Source: Candidatus Limnocylindria bacterium
GTDB lineage: Bacteria; Chloroflexota; Limnocylindria; QHBO01
DNA: 39,043 nt
Direction of reading: 5' to 3'
NCBI GenBank assembly: GCA_050695855.1
Contig: JBOGTA010000102.1
Span: forward strand, 1-39,043
This document shows, piece by piece, positions 17,630-26,244 of the stretch (its first letter is position 1; the number at the start of each line of letters is the position of its first letter). Position numbers and translations under genes: made by a program. Below the pieces are notes generated by a model. It saw nothing but the letters and a program-made list of their open reading frames with translations. It was not told the DNA's origin and searched no databases.

Positions 17630-18466
17630 GTGCCCTCGCGGTCCGCCAGGATCGCCCTCTGGCGTCGAGTTGTTCGTCGAGAACACGCGCAGGAGCCAGC
17701 GCTATTGGTTGACCCGTCCCGGCCGGTGCGCCGTCGGATCCGTGCCATCCGTGCGGTGCTCGCTCGCGGCATCCTCCACTTGCTGGTGGTCGTGCTGTTG
17801 GCGGGCAGTGCCACGGTAGGCGCCTTGAGCGCCCAGGGTGCGCTCACCGTGGACGGCCCCACGATACGGGTCATCGCCCCCGCGCGTGGAGCGGTCTCCG
17901 AGCAGCTGGCCGCCGCCCAGGACGGTGAAATCTCCATCGAGCTCGTTCCTTCGGAGGCGGGGGAACCCATGACCGAGATTCGGGTCATGCCCACCCCGGC
18001 GCCCGCACCCGTGGCCGCGATTCCGCTGCCCGCGCCGCCGCCGGTCCGATCGGGCTCGGTAGGGACATCGCTGCCGTGGGCCGGTCCCACCGGGTACATC
18101 GACGGCGACGGCTCCCTGGCCTGGCCCGTACCCGGCGGATACGTATCGCAATACTTCTGGAGCGGCCATCAGGCGGTAGACATCGCCCACGCCTACGGCG
18201 GAGCGGTGGTCGCCGCCGACACCGGCACGGTCGTATCGGCGGGCTGGCAGAACAACGGCGGCGGGCTGGTCATCACCATCCAGCACTCCGATGGCCGAGT
18301 GACGAGCTACAACCACCTTGGCGCGGTCCTGGTCAGCCCCGGACAGGGCGTCGTGCGGGGCGAGCAGATTGCGACCGTGGGGTGCACCGGCATCTGCACC
18401 GGGCCCCATGTCCACTTCGTGGTGATCGTCAACGGCGTTCTCGTCAACCCGCTTCGCTTCCTGTAG
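17630..18466 (+). CDS. M23-family metallopeptidase (membrane-anchored)
   Basis: C-terminal LytM domain: HQAVDIAHAYG...GGLVITIQHSDG...SYNHL...CTGPHVHFVV. N-terminal TM segment ILHLLVVVLLAGSATVGAL. The start is uncertain because the GTG at 17630 lies in a ggcacg/cgtgcc hairpin. Confidence 0.85.
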   Translation: MPSRSARIALWRRVVRREHAQEPALLVDPSRPVRRRIRAIRAVLARGILHLLVVVLLAGSATVGALSAQGALTVDGPTIRVIAPARGAVSEQLAAAQDGEISIELVPSEAGEPMTEIRVMPTPAPAPVAAIPLPAPPPVRSGSVGTSLPWAGPTGYIDGDGSLAWPVPGGYVSQYFWSGHQAVDIAHAYGGAVVAADTGTVVSAGWQNNGGGLVITIQHSDGRVTSYNHLGAVLVSPGQGVVRGEQIATVGCTGICTGPHVHFVVIVNGVLVNPLRFL

Positions 18467-18511
18467 GCGAGATCCGCCCCTCGCGCCTCCGCTCCTCGCG
18501 CGTCCGCTCCG

Positions 18512-18517
18512 TATGAT
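18512..18517 (+). promoter_or_regulatory. -10-like TATGAT 9 nt upstream of the obg ATG (possible leaderless or very short-leader transcript)
   Basis: cgTATGATcggggcaccATG. There is no SD between the hexamer and the ATG, and the -35 is weak. Confidence 0.25.
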
Positions 18518-18526
18518 CGGGGCACC

Positions 18527-19816
18527 ATGTTCGCGGATCGTGTCCGCATCCACGTGACCGCCGGCGCGGGGGGCGACGGCTCGCCGTCCATGCGCCGCGA
18601 GGCGCACGTCCCGCGGGGCGGGCCCGACGGCGGGGACGGCGGAAGGGGCGGCTCGGTGGTCCTGGAGGCCAAGGCTGGATTGACCTCGCTCGGCGCCTAT
18701 CGTCATTCACCCCACGCCAAGGCCAGCAGCGGAGGGCGTGGCGCGCGCCGACGAGCGCACGGCCGCAACGGGGTCGATGCGGTCCTCGCCGTGCCGCCGG
18801 GAACGATCGCCCGTCGCCACCCGGAAGGCGAGGTCCTCGGCGAAGTCCTCGGCCCAGGCGACCGGCTGATTGTGGCCCGCGGCGGCCGCGGCGGCCGGGG
18901 CAACGTCCATTTCGTGACCCCCACCCACCAGGCGCCTCGCCACTACGAGCGCGGCGACCCTGGCGAGGAGGGCTGGATCGAGCTCGAGCTCAAGCTCGTT
19001 GCCCAGATCGGCCTGGTAGGTGCGCCGAACGCCGGCAAGTCGACACTGCTCGCCGCCCTCACCGCCGCTCGGCCCGAGATCGGCGCCTATCCCTTCACCA
19101 CCACGACCCCGAACCTGGGTGTGATCGCCGTCGAAGCCGGGGAGGCTGGCGAGCGGTCGGCGGTCATTGCCGACGTTCCCGGCCTCATCGAGGGCGCACA
19201 CCGCGGACATGGCCTCGGCCACGAGTTCCTCCGCCACGTGGAGCGCTGCCGCGTGCTGCTCGGCGTGGCCAACGGCGCTGCCGACGATCCGGCTGCGGAG
19301 TGGAAGGCGGTCGTGGCCGAACTCCGACTCCACGACCCTGGTCTGCTCGAGCGGCCGCTCCGGGTGGCCGTCACCAAGCAGGATCTGCCCGAGGCGCGCC
19401 GCCGGTGGCGCGCCGTGCGGGCGGCGCTGCGAACCGAGGGGTACGAACCCATCGCCGTGTCGGCCCATGACGGGACCGGCCTCGACGCCCTGCGCACCGC
19501 CCTGGCCGATGCGCTCGCTGAAGCGGACCGCCGCGAGGTGGAGATCGGAGTCGAGCCGGCGCGTCGACTACATCGTTTTGACCCGGCCGCGGACGGGTGG
19601 GAGGTTGTGACCGAGGCCGACGGCCTCCGCATTCGGGGCACTTCCATCGAACGAACTGCATCACGCACCGATTTCGCCAACGAGGAGTCGCGCGAGCGCT
19701 TCCAGCGCCGCCTTGAGCGGTTGGGGATCGACGCCGAGCTGCGTCGCCAGGGGGCACGCCGCGGAACGATGGTCCGGATCGGTCGCCTCGAGCTCGAGTG
19801 GGGCGACGAGGGATGA
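18527..19816 (+). CDS. obg: GTPase Obg/CgtA
   Basis: Gly-rich Obg fold (GGDGGRGGSV), G1 GAPNAGKST, G3 DVPGLIEGA, and a C-terminal OCT domain (RIRGTSIER...ERLGIDAELRRQGA). Confidence 0.95.
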   Translation: MFADRVRIHVTAGAGGDGSPSMRREAHVPRGGPDGGDGGRGGSVVLEAKAGLTSLGAYRHSPHAKASSGGRGARRRAHGRNGVDAVLAVPPGTIARRHPEGEVLGEVLGPGDRLIVARGGRGGRGNVHFVTPTHQAPRHYERGDPGEEGWIELELKLVAQIGLVGAPNAGKSTLLAALTAARPEIGAYPFTTTTPNLGVIAVEAGEAGERSAVIADVPGLIEGAHRGHGLGHEFLRHVERCRVLLGVANGAADDPAAEWKAVVAELRLHDPGLLERPLRVAVTKQDLPEARRRWRAVRAALRTEGYEPIAVSAHDGTGLDALRTALADALAEADRREVEIGVEPARRLHRFDPAADGWEVVTEADGLRIRGTSIERTASRTDFANEESRERFQRRLERLGIDAELRRQGARRGTMVRIGRLELEWGDEG

Positions 19817-20490
19817 CGGCGGGCCCATCCGCCGCCCGAGCCCGGCCTAAGCTGGTGCCGGTCGGCCGGCCCATCCCGACGACCGGCTCGGAGCGGGTTG
19901 GAATCCTGGGCGGCACATTCGACCCGCCCCACATCGGTCACCTGTGGCTGGCGACCCTGGCTGCCGATGAGATGGGCCTGACCCGGGTGTTGCTCGTGCC
20001 GGCAGCCAACCCGCCCCACAAGCGGGGACGGTCGATCAGCCACGCCGCGGACCGGGTGCTGATGACCCGTCTCGCGATCGCCAACGACCCACGGCTCGAC
20101 GTGTCGCTGGTCGAGCTGGAACGGGAAGGGCCGTCGTACACGGTTGACACCCTGGTCGAGCTGCAACGGCGCCAGCCGGATGCCATCCTGGTCCTGATCA
20201 TGGCTGCGGACAGCCTCGGCCAGATCGACTCGTGGCGCGAGCCGGATCGGATCCTGGAGCTGGCGTCGTGGGCGGTGGGTCCCCGCTCCGGGACGCCTAT
20301 GCCGTCGCGGGCCACGCTCGCGCGCCGATTCGGGAAGGCGGCAGCCCGCATCCATGTCCTCGGCGGCCCGGCGCTGGACGTCAGCGCCACCGAGATTCGG
20401 CGCCGCGTGGCGGCCGGCCGCGCCATCCGCTACCTTGTTCCCCGGGCAGTCGAGGATCTCATTCTCGAACGGGGCCTGTACCAGCCGTAG
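19813..20490 (+). CDS. nadD: nicotinate-nucleotide adenylyltransferase
   Basis: GILGGTFDPPHIGHL, NPPHK and SATEIRRR. The ATG overlaps the obg stop (ATGA). Confidence 0.92.
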   Translation: MTAGPSAARARPKLVPVGRPIPTTGSERVGILGGTFDPPHIGHLWLATLAADEMGLTRVLLVPAANPPHKRGRSISHAADRVLMTRLAIANDPRLDVSLVELEREGPSYTVDTLVELQRRQPDAILVLIMAADSLGQIDSWREPDRILELASWAVGPRSGTPMPSRATLARRFGKAAARIHVLGGPALDVSATEIRRRVAAGRAIRYLVPRAVEDLILERGLYQP

Positions 20491-20512
20491 CCCACCGCAG
20501 CGGAGGATCGAC

Positions 20513-20899
20513 CTGCAGCAGCCGACCCCCAATCTGACCTCCCTCCACCCGGAGCTCGACCCAGCCGAGCTGGCGCACCGGATCGTGGAGATCGTGTCCG
20601 ACCACAAGGCCAGCGACGTCGTCATGCTGCGCACCGGGGAGCTCACCTCGCTGGCCGATTTCTTCGTCATCGCCACCGGCCGCTCCGACCGTCAGGTCGC
20701 GGCCCTGGCCGGTTCCCTCAGCGAGGAGCTGCGCGCGCAGGGCGTCCGACCCCTGGGCGTCGAGGGCCGCGGTGGGGCACGCTGGGTGCTGCTCGACTTC
20801 GGCAGTGTGATCGTCCATCTGTTCACACCCGACGAACGCGAGCGCTACGCCCTCGAGAAGCTGTGGAGCGCCGCGCCGGCGGTGGTCCGCCTGGTCTGA
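20513..20899 (+). CDS. rsfS: ribosome silencing factor RsfS
   Basis: DFFVIATGRSDRQVAALA...GVEGRGGARWVLLDFGSVIVHLFTPDERERYALEKLWS. The start is uncertain. There is no ATG or GTG between the nadD stop and the domain. A CTG at 20513 lies 5 nt after GGAGGA. Confidence 0.8.
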   Translation: MQQPTPNLTSLHPELDPAELAHRIVEIVSDHKASDVVMLRTGELTSLADFFVIATGRSDRQVAALAGSLSEELRAQGVRPLGVEGRGGARWVLLDFGSVIVHLFTPDERERYALEKLWSAAPAVVRLV

Positions 20900-21056
20900 G
20901 CCCTCGCGCCGGAGGTACGCCCCCGGTCCCGGTCCGCGGTGCTCAGGCGCACCGGGCCCGGCCATGGTGTCTCTCTCGACGTGTTTGCCCCGAGTACCAC
21001 GCCGGGGTACGGGGGTCCTATTGAGGTGGTGCACCAGCAACCGCATTGTCGGCGTC

Positions 21057-21320
21057 ATGAGCACCTCTCGGAAGCGCGAGACGGCCGCGGTGGAGACCTG
21101 TCGCTATTGCGGCGGAAGCCTCCTGACCTCGGTGTTTGACACGTCCTTCCGCGATGAGAGCATCGAGGAGCGGCTGTTCTTCGCCCTCCCCGGCGCCCTG
21201 TGCCTGCCGTGCAAGCAGCTCTACATCGACCACCAGCTGATCGGGATCCTGGGCCTCTCCAACGCGCGCTGCACGTTCGCGATCGAGAGCGACCGGGTCC
21301 TGCGCGCTGGCGCTGCCTAG
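21057..21320 (+). CDS. small CxxC...CxxC zinc-ribbon protein (YgiT/MqsA-N-like?), hypothetical
   Basis: CRYCGG...(27 aa)...CLPCKQ. Starts further upstream (TTG 21021, 20964) are also possible. Confidence 0.45.
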   Translation: MSTSRKRETAAVETCRYCGGSLLTSVFDTSFRDESIEERLFFALPGALCLPCKQLYIDHQLIGILGLSNARCTFAIESDRVLRAGAA

Positions 21321-21345
21321 GCCTCCTCCCTCCTCCGTCCCTCCG

Positions 21346-22416
21346 CTACGTTCTTTCCGGGCCTGAAATCGCGCCTGCCGGCTTGTCAGGCCGGGCGGGA
21401 GCCGACCCGAGCATGTACTCACCGAGCCATGCGGTCAGCGCGGCCTCCGGCTCGGCGGCATTGCGTTTGATCGCGAGATCGGTTTCGAACAGGCCGCGCA
21501 GCATGGCCTCCAGCTCCGCCGCGTCGTAGCGTCGGGCAGCGCCCACCACCCGCTCGGCGCCCGACGGGTTGCCGGGCCGCAGCCGTTTCGTGATCTCTGC
21601 CGCACCGAACCCGCCATCCACCAGCTCGCGGGCGATCGTCAGATCCACCAGCCGGCCCTCGAGGGCGGCCATGATCCGGAGCACCGGCTCCCCCACGGCC
21701 AGCGCCCGGCGCAGCGCCTCGGCGGCGCGGATGGGGTCACGGCGCTCAACGGCGTTGGCGACGGCATTGACCGATGGCGGCCGGGTGTCGGAAATCAGTG
21801 CCTCCACGTCAGCGACCTCGATTGGACGGTAATCGGCGGCCAGGGCCAGCTTCCGGAGCTCCCCGTCGGCGACGCGCGTCTGCTCACTCCGCTCAACGTC
21901 GTTCTCCCACACGCCACCGATCCGTTCGGCCAGGGCGGCCGCCGCTGCCGGTCGAATGGCGATTCCGAGTTCGGTGGCATGCCGGGTGACCCACCCCCGA
22001 AGCTCGTCGCGACGCGGGGCGAGGCACCGCTCCACGACGCCTCCCACCGCCTCAACGGCTGACTCGAGCCGCTTGAGGAGGGCCGGCGGACGGCCCACGT
22101 CGCGGGACGGGCGGAGCTCCGCCAGGGCCAGCGCCGCCCCGTCGGGGGATTGCTCGACGAGGGCCAGAAGACGCCCTGTTGCGCTGCCTGACGTTCCCGC
22201 GGCGCGGAGCGGCTGTCGGACGACCACACAGTGGGCACCGAACAGCCCGACGGTGGCCACCTCGAGAGCGGCCCGGCTCAGGAGCGCCTCATCTGGCGTG
22301 CGGTCTGGAACGAGCACGACCCGGTCCGCGGCGCCGACCCGCGTCACAAACGTGGCCACCGCCAGGTCGATCAGGTAGGCGTCGTCGCCGTGGGCCAGCA
22401 GGACGGACCCACTCAT
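21346..22416 (-). CDS. holA: DNA polymerase III subunit delta
   Basis: 356-aa helical protein in the conserved position downstream of comEC. The start MSGSVLLAHGDD overlaps the upstream stop (ATGA). The rest of the 521-aa ORF upstream is read-through. Confidence 0.75.
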   Translation of the reverse strand: MSGSVLLAHGDDAYLIDLAVATFVTRVGAADRVVLVPDRTPDEALLSRAALEVATVGLFGAHCVVVRQPLRAAGTSGSATGRLLALVEQSPDGAALALAELRPSRDVGRPPALLKRLESAVEAVGGVVERCLAPRRDELRGWVTRHATELGIAIRPAAAAALAERIGGVWENDVERSEQTRVADGELRKLALAADYRPIEVADVEALISDTRPPSVNAVANAVERRDPIRAAEALRRALAVGEPVLRIMAALEGRLVDLTIARELVDGGFGAAEITKRLRPGNPSGAERVVGAARRYDAAELEAMLRGLFETDLAIKRNAAEPEAALTAWLGEYMLGSAPARPDKPAGAISGPERT

Positions 22417-22970
22417 CGATCGCCGTCCTCCCAGGCAGCACGCAAGCGTCCCTCGAGCCCGATCCGGCTCAGCCCGGCCGCACCGGCCAGCTTCATCTCG
22501 AGCGCTTCCGCCGCACCCTGCGCCGCCCTGATCTGGCTCGCATGCTCTGGGTAGCGAGCCGCCATGTCGTCCAGGCGGTCCGCGATGGTCATGAAGCGCA
22601 TGCCGACACGGCGGTCGGCGACCGAGACGCAGATGGCCGGCCAGCTGCGTGGCAATCGTTCCGGGTCGAGCAGACAGGTGAGCGGATGAGAGGCGACCGC
22701 GTCGGCCAGCTCCCCGTAGCCCAGGGCGTTGAGACGCTCGGCGCCGTCCAGCCCGTGACGGCCATTTCCCCGGGTCTCGATCTTGTCGATATCGTGGAGC
22801 CTCGCCGCGGCCTCGACCAGCAGCGGATCGATCGCCACGCCGTTGTCGGCCAGGACCCGCGCCGCTTCGGCGGCCACTCTTGCCACGCCCTCGGAGTGGA
22901 CGACCAGCCATTCAGGTGGAAGCTCGGCGGCGAGCAGACGGCGGGCGGTTGGGCGGTCGGGCACGGCCAT
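22413..22970 (-). CDS. HD / HDIG-domain phosphohydrolase
   Basis: HSEGVARVA...ARLHDIDK...ADRR metal-binding pattern. An in-frame TAG lies 4 codons upstream of the ATG. Confidence 0.8.
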   Translation of the reverse strand: MAVPDRPTARRLLAAELPPEWLVVHSEGVARVAAEAARVLADNGVAIDPLLVEAAARLHDIDKIETRGNGRHGLDGAERLNALGYGELADAVASHPLTCLLDPERLPRSWPAICVSVADRRVGMRFMTIADRLDDMAARYPEHASQIRAAQGAAEALEMKLAGAAGLSRIGLEGRLRAAWEDGDR

Positions 22971-25522
22971 GGTTCGATCCTACCCGCCTGGGCCGTGATC
23001 CATTCGGGGCTGTGCCCTGAGCCCCTTCCCGTCGGCGCTGGAGGGGTCTGGCCACGACGAGGGATGACCCAGTAATCCTGACCATCGGTCACGACCTCGA
23101 CGCTGCCGTCCTGGTCGGTGCGATACACCTGCCCCGCCGGCACCCGCCCCAGGTTTTCCAGCGTGGACCGATGGGGATGGCCGTACTGGTTGTCGACGCC
23201 GGCCGAGATGACCGCCACCGCCGGGCCGACGAGGGACAGGAAGGCTTCGGTCGTCCCCGAGTCGGACCCGTGATGGGCCACCTTCAGGACATCGACCCGG
23301 GACAGCAGCCCACGCTCTGCGAGGATGGCCTCGACGGGCGCCTCGGCGTCCCCGGTCAGCAGGGCGGTGAAATGGCCGTAGCGCAGGAGGGCCACCACCG
23401 AGGCGTTGTTGATGTCGCCCTCCGGCAGCGGGCGCGCGACGTCGTCGACGCTGGGAAAGAGGATTTCGAGCTCTGCCCCGCCCCCCAGCGAGACGGTCTG
23501 CCCGGCGCGAGCTGCGATGACCCGGCCGCCTGGTTCCTGCTGGGCCGCCGCCAGCAGGCGCCGATGCGGCTCGCCCTCGACCGGGCGCCCGCCATCAATG
23601 AACACGGCCACCGCGTACCGGCGCAGGATCTCACCAAGTCCGCCCAGGTGGTCCTGGTGCGGGTGGGTGAGGATCACGATTTCGATCTGCCGCTCATGGA
23701 ACGGGAGCGCCTGGCCGATGCGTCGCAAGGTCAGGTCCGGATCCACGCCTCCGTCAACCAGGGCGGTCTCGCCACCTGGCCCCTCGATCAGGATGGCGTC
23801 ACCTTGGCCGATGTCGAGCACGGTCAGATGGAGGCGACCGTCCGGCCCGGTGCCCACCGTGGCCATGGCCAGGATGAGCACGAGGCCGAGCGCGGCGCGC
23901 CGGGGACGAACCACCCACCCGAATACCGGGGCGAAGGCCGCCGCCTCGGGCAGCATCACGCTGGGCAGACCGGCGCGATCCTGGACCTCGAGCGGCGGCA
24001 CGGCAACGTTCGGGCCCGGAGTCGGGTGCCGGGCAAGCCGGCGCGCCGCCACGCCCAGCAAGGGGTACCACGCCAGGGTCAGCCACGGACCGCCGGTCGC
24101 CGGCAGCGCCGCCAAGGGGAGTGCGGCGGCTGCGGTTCCGGCGGAAATGAGGGCGCGGAGGGGAAGCCACGCCGCCCCGCCGGCGAACCAGGCCGCCGCA
24201 TCAGCCAGCCCGGGGAGCGGCAACGCCGAGCTGAGACCGCCGACCAGGGCGGCCAGCGCCGAGCCGGCCATGACGGCCGGCACCAGCGGGACGACCACCA
24301 CGTTGGCCAGTGGCGCCACCAGCGACACCTGCTCGAACGTGGCGACCAACACGGGGAGCGTCGCCAGCTGAGCCGCGAGGGTGAGCGCCACCGGTGTGCG
24401 GATCCAGGCCGGACACCGTTCCATCCGCAGCTCCAGCGGGCGGCCGAGCATGATCAGCCCGGCGGTGGCCAACGCCGACAGTTGGAAGCCCACGTCCCAC
24501 AGGGCAGCCGGGGACGCCACCAGCATCACCAGCACGGCCGCCATGAGCGCGGCGCCGCCGTGGGCCGGCGACCCTCCCAGCCGGCTGATCAGCAGAGCCC
24601 CGGCCATCAGCGCAGCTCGCACCACGGCTGGCGAGGCGCCGACCAGAACGACATACCCGGCCACCGCCACCATGGCCACCACGGCCGGCAGCACGGGGCC
24701 CGCCCGTCGCCGGAGGCGCCGGGTCAGGGCGCCGATGGCCACGACCACGATCGCGACGTTCCAGCCACTGATCGCGACCACATGAGACAGGCCGGCCACC
24801 GCGAATGCGTCGCGCACTTCCGGATCGATTCCGGCCCGCACCCCAAGCAGGATGCCGGCCCCCAGGGAGGCTTCCGGCTCGGGCACGGTGGTGACCAGCC
24901 CGTCCAGGAGCCAGCGACGCAGGCCGCCAAAGGCATCGGTCAGCAGGTCGGACTGATGCTCGTTGACGGTGATGACGAATGCCCGACCGATGGCCCCCAC
25001 GCCCTGCCGACGCAGCCGCTCGCGGTAGGCGGTTTCCTCGGCGTCGGCGGCATCCGGAGGCCGGATGCTGACCTCGGCGGCCACCTGGTCGCCGGCGGCG
25101 ACCGCCGAGGAACGGGGGATGCGTACCAGCAGCCGGCCCTCCAGCGGGTCGCCGGCAACGTGCAGCTCGTCGAGCACCACGTCGAGCCCGTCGCCACGGG
25201 GCGTCGGCTCCTCCACCAGGACGCCCGATACCGGCCATGACGCGCCGCCGGGCAGCGTCTCGACGGTGCCCGGCCCGCTTGGTGGGGCAGCCGCGGCGCC
25301 TCGGATTCCGCCCAGCACCAGCCCGCACACGAGCGCGACGGTCGCGACGCCGGCCGTACCGAGCCACCGCCGAGCAACCGCGGCCACGACCAGCCCGCCC
25401 ACCGCGGCGGCGACCACGGTCGCGACCAGGGTTACGCTCAGCCACCCTGCGTCCGCTGCCGCGATGCCCGCCATGTGCCCAGCCAGGAGGCCGGGCAGCA
25501 GCCACGCGCCCGGCCGGTCCAT
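22589..25522 (-). CDS. comEC: DNA internalisation channel ComEC/Rec2 with a metallo-beta-lactamase domain
   Basis: N-terminal competence membrane domain. MBL domain: LDIGQGDAILIE, ILTHPHQDHLGG, LTGDAE, KVAHHGS. The conserved end is YRTDQDGSVEVVTDGQDYWVIP at about 23060. The ORF has no stop until 22589. Confidence 0.88.
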   Translation of the reverse strand: MDRPGAWLLPGLLAGHMAGIAAADAGWLSVTLVATVVAAAVGGLVVAAVARRWLGTAGVATVALVCGLVLGGIRGAAAAPPSGPGTVETLPGGASWPVSGVLVEEPTPRGDGLDVVLDELHVAGDPLEGRLLVRIPRSSAVAAGDQVAAEVSIRPPDAADAEETAYRERLRRQGVGAIGRAFVITVNEHQSDLLTDAFGGLRRWLLDGLVTTVPEPEASLGAGILLGVRAGIDPEVRDAFAVAGLSHVVAISGWNVAIVVVAIGALTRRLRRRAGPVLPAVVAMVAVAGYVVLVGASPAVVRAALMAGALLISRLGGSPAHGGAALMAAVLVMLVASPAALWDVGFQLSALATAGLIMLGRPLELRMERCPAWIRTPVALTLAAQLATLPVLVATFEQVSLVAPLANVVVVPLVPAVMAGSALAALVGGLSSALPLPGLADAAAWFAGGAAWLPLRALISAGTAAAALPLAALPATGGPWLTLAWYPLLGVAARRLARHPTPGPNVAVPPLEVQDRAGLPSVMLPEAAAFAPVFGWVVRPRRAALGLVLILAMATVGTGPDGRLHLTVLDIGQGDAILIEGPGGETALVDGGVDPDLTLRRIGQALPFHERQIEIVILTHPHQDHLGGLGEILRRYAVAVFIDGGRPVEGEPHRRLLAAAQQEPGGRVIAARAGQTVSLGGGAELEILFPSVDDVARPLPEGDINNASVVALLRYGHFTALLTGDAEAPVEAILAERGLLSRVDVLKVAHHGSDSGTTEAFLSLVGPAVAVISAGVDNQYGHPHRSTLENLGRVPAGQVYRTDQDGSVEVVTDGQDYWVIPRRGQTPPAPTGRGSGHSPEWITAQAGRIEPWPCPTAQPPAVCSPPSFHLNGWSSTPRAWQEWPPKRRGSWPTTAWRSIRCWSRPRRGSTISTRSRPGEMAVTGWTAPSVSTPWATGSWPTRSPLIRSPVCSTRNDCHAAGRPSASRSPTAVSACAS

Positions 25523-25533
25523 CGCTCTGACGC

Positions 25534-26124
25534 CTAGGGAACCGTCACCAGGTCGGCGATCTGTTCGAGCTGACGAGCGGTGAGCACGTCACGGGTCACC
25601 AGCTCGTCCAGGGTGGCGAATGGCTGCTCCTCGCGAGCGGCGATGATCTTCCCGGCTGTCACCGGACCGATGCCGGGGAGGCCCTCGAGTTCGGACTGGC
25701 TGGCTCGATTGAGATTCACCAGGCCGTTCCCGGTTTGGTCCCCGCCGTTTCCTGGAGCTTCCCCCAGTACCGGCACGTAGATCTGCTGCCCATCCACCAC
25801 GGCAGCGGCCAGGTTGAGGGTCCGCGCCGCCGCCGCCAGGTCAGCGCCATCGGCATACCCACCCGCCGCCACCAGGGCATCGGCCACTCGTGAGCCGGGG
25901 GGCAGGCGGTGGATGCCAGGCGCGGCGACGCCGCCTTCGACGTCCACGACCAGATCGCCCCCGCTGCTCTCCTCCGACGGTCCGGCCGTGGCAAACGGAT
26001 CTCCGACGACCGATGGCCGGGCCGCCGGATTGGCGGCTCCCGCCACCAGGGCGAAGCTCGCGGCGCCGGCCAGCACAGCCGCGGTCCCCACCGCGGCCAG
26101 GGTCACCAGGTCGAACCGGGTCAT
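25534..26124 (-). CDS. comEA: competence protein ComEA (DNA receptor; SLBB plus helix-hairpin-helix)
   Basis: N-terminal TM segment. VNLNRASQSELEGLPGIGPVTAGKIIAAREEQPF is the HhH motif. Confidence 0.9.
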   Translation of the reverse strand: MTRFDLVTLAAVGTAAVLAGAASFALVAGAANPAARPSVVGDPFATAGPSEESSGGDLVVDVEGGVAAPGIHRLPPGSRVADALVAAGGYADGADLAAAARTLNLAAAVVDGQQIYVPVLGEAPGNGGDQTGNGLVNLNRASQSELEGLPGIGPVTAGKIIAAREEQPFATLDELVTRDVLTARQLEQIADLVTVP

Positions 26125-26125
26125 G

Positions 26126-26144
26126 CGCCTCCCGATGGGAGGCG
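26126..26144 (-). promoter_or_regulatory. anti-SD/SD hairpin occluding the comEA ribosome-binding site
   Basis: The minus-strand RNA reads 5'-CGCCUCCC-AUC-GGGAGGCG-C-AUG. This is a perfect 8-bp stem whose 3' arm is the only SD (GGGAGG) in front of the comEA AUG at 26124. Confidence 0.35.
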
Positions 26145-26244
26145 AGCGCGAGATGGTCTGCGTCCGAGACCCGAACGCCCGGGCACTCGACGCCGGGCCC
26201 CGGAAGCAGACGGGCAGGCTACGGGCGGGCGGGTTACCCCTCGG

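Noticed and set aside
23171-25240. 689-aa plus-strand ORF. Similar long shadow ORFs lie at 1574-2506(-), 12687-14381(-), 19087-20676(-), 25909-27201(+), 27490-28884(+), 31803-33149(-) and 17702-18706(-).
   Set aside because: All are antisense to genes with clear family motifs (comEC, the membrane protein, the peptidase, obg/nadD, leuS, aapJ, M23). Their translations are dominated by R/G/P/H/D, as expected for antisense frames in high-GC DNA.
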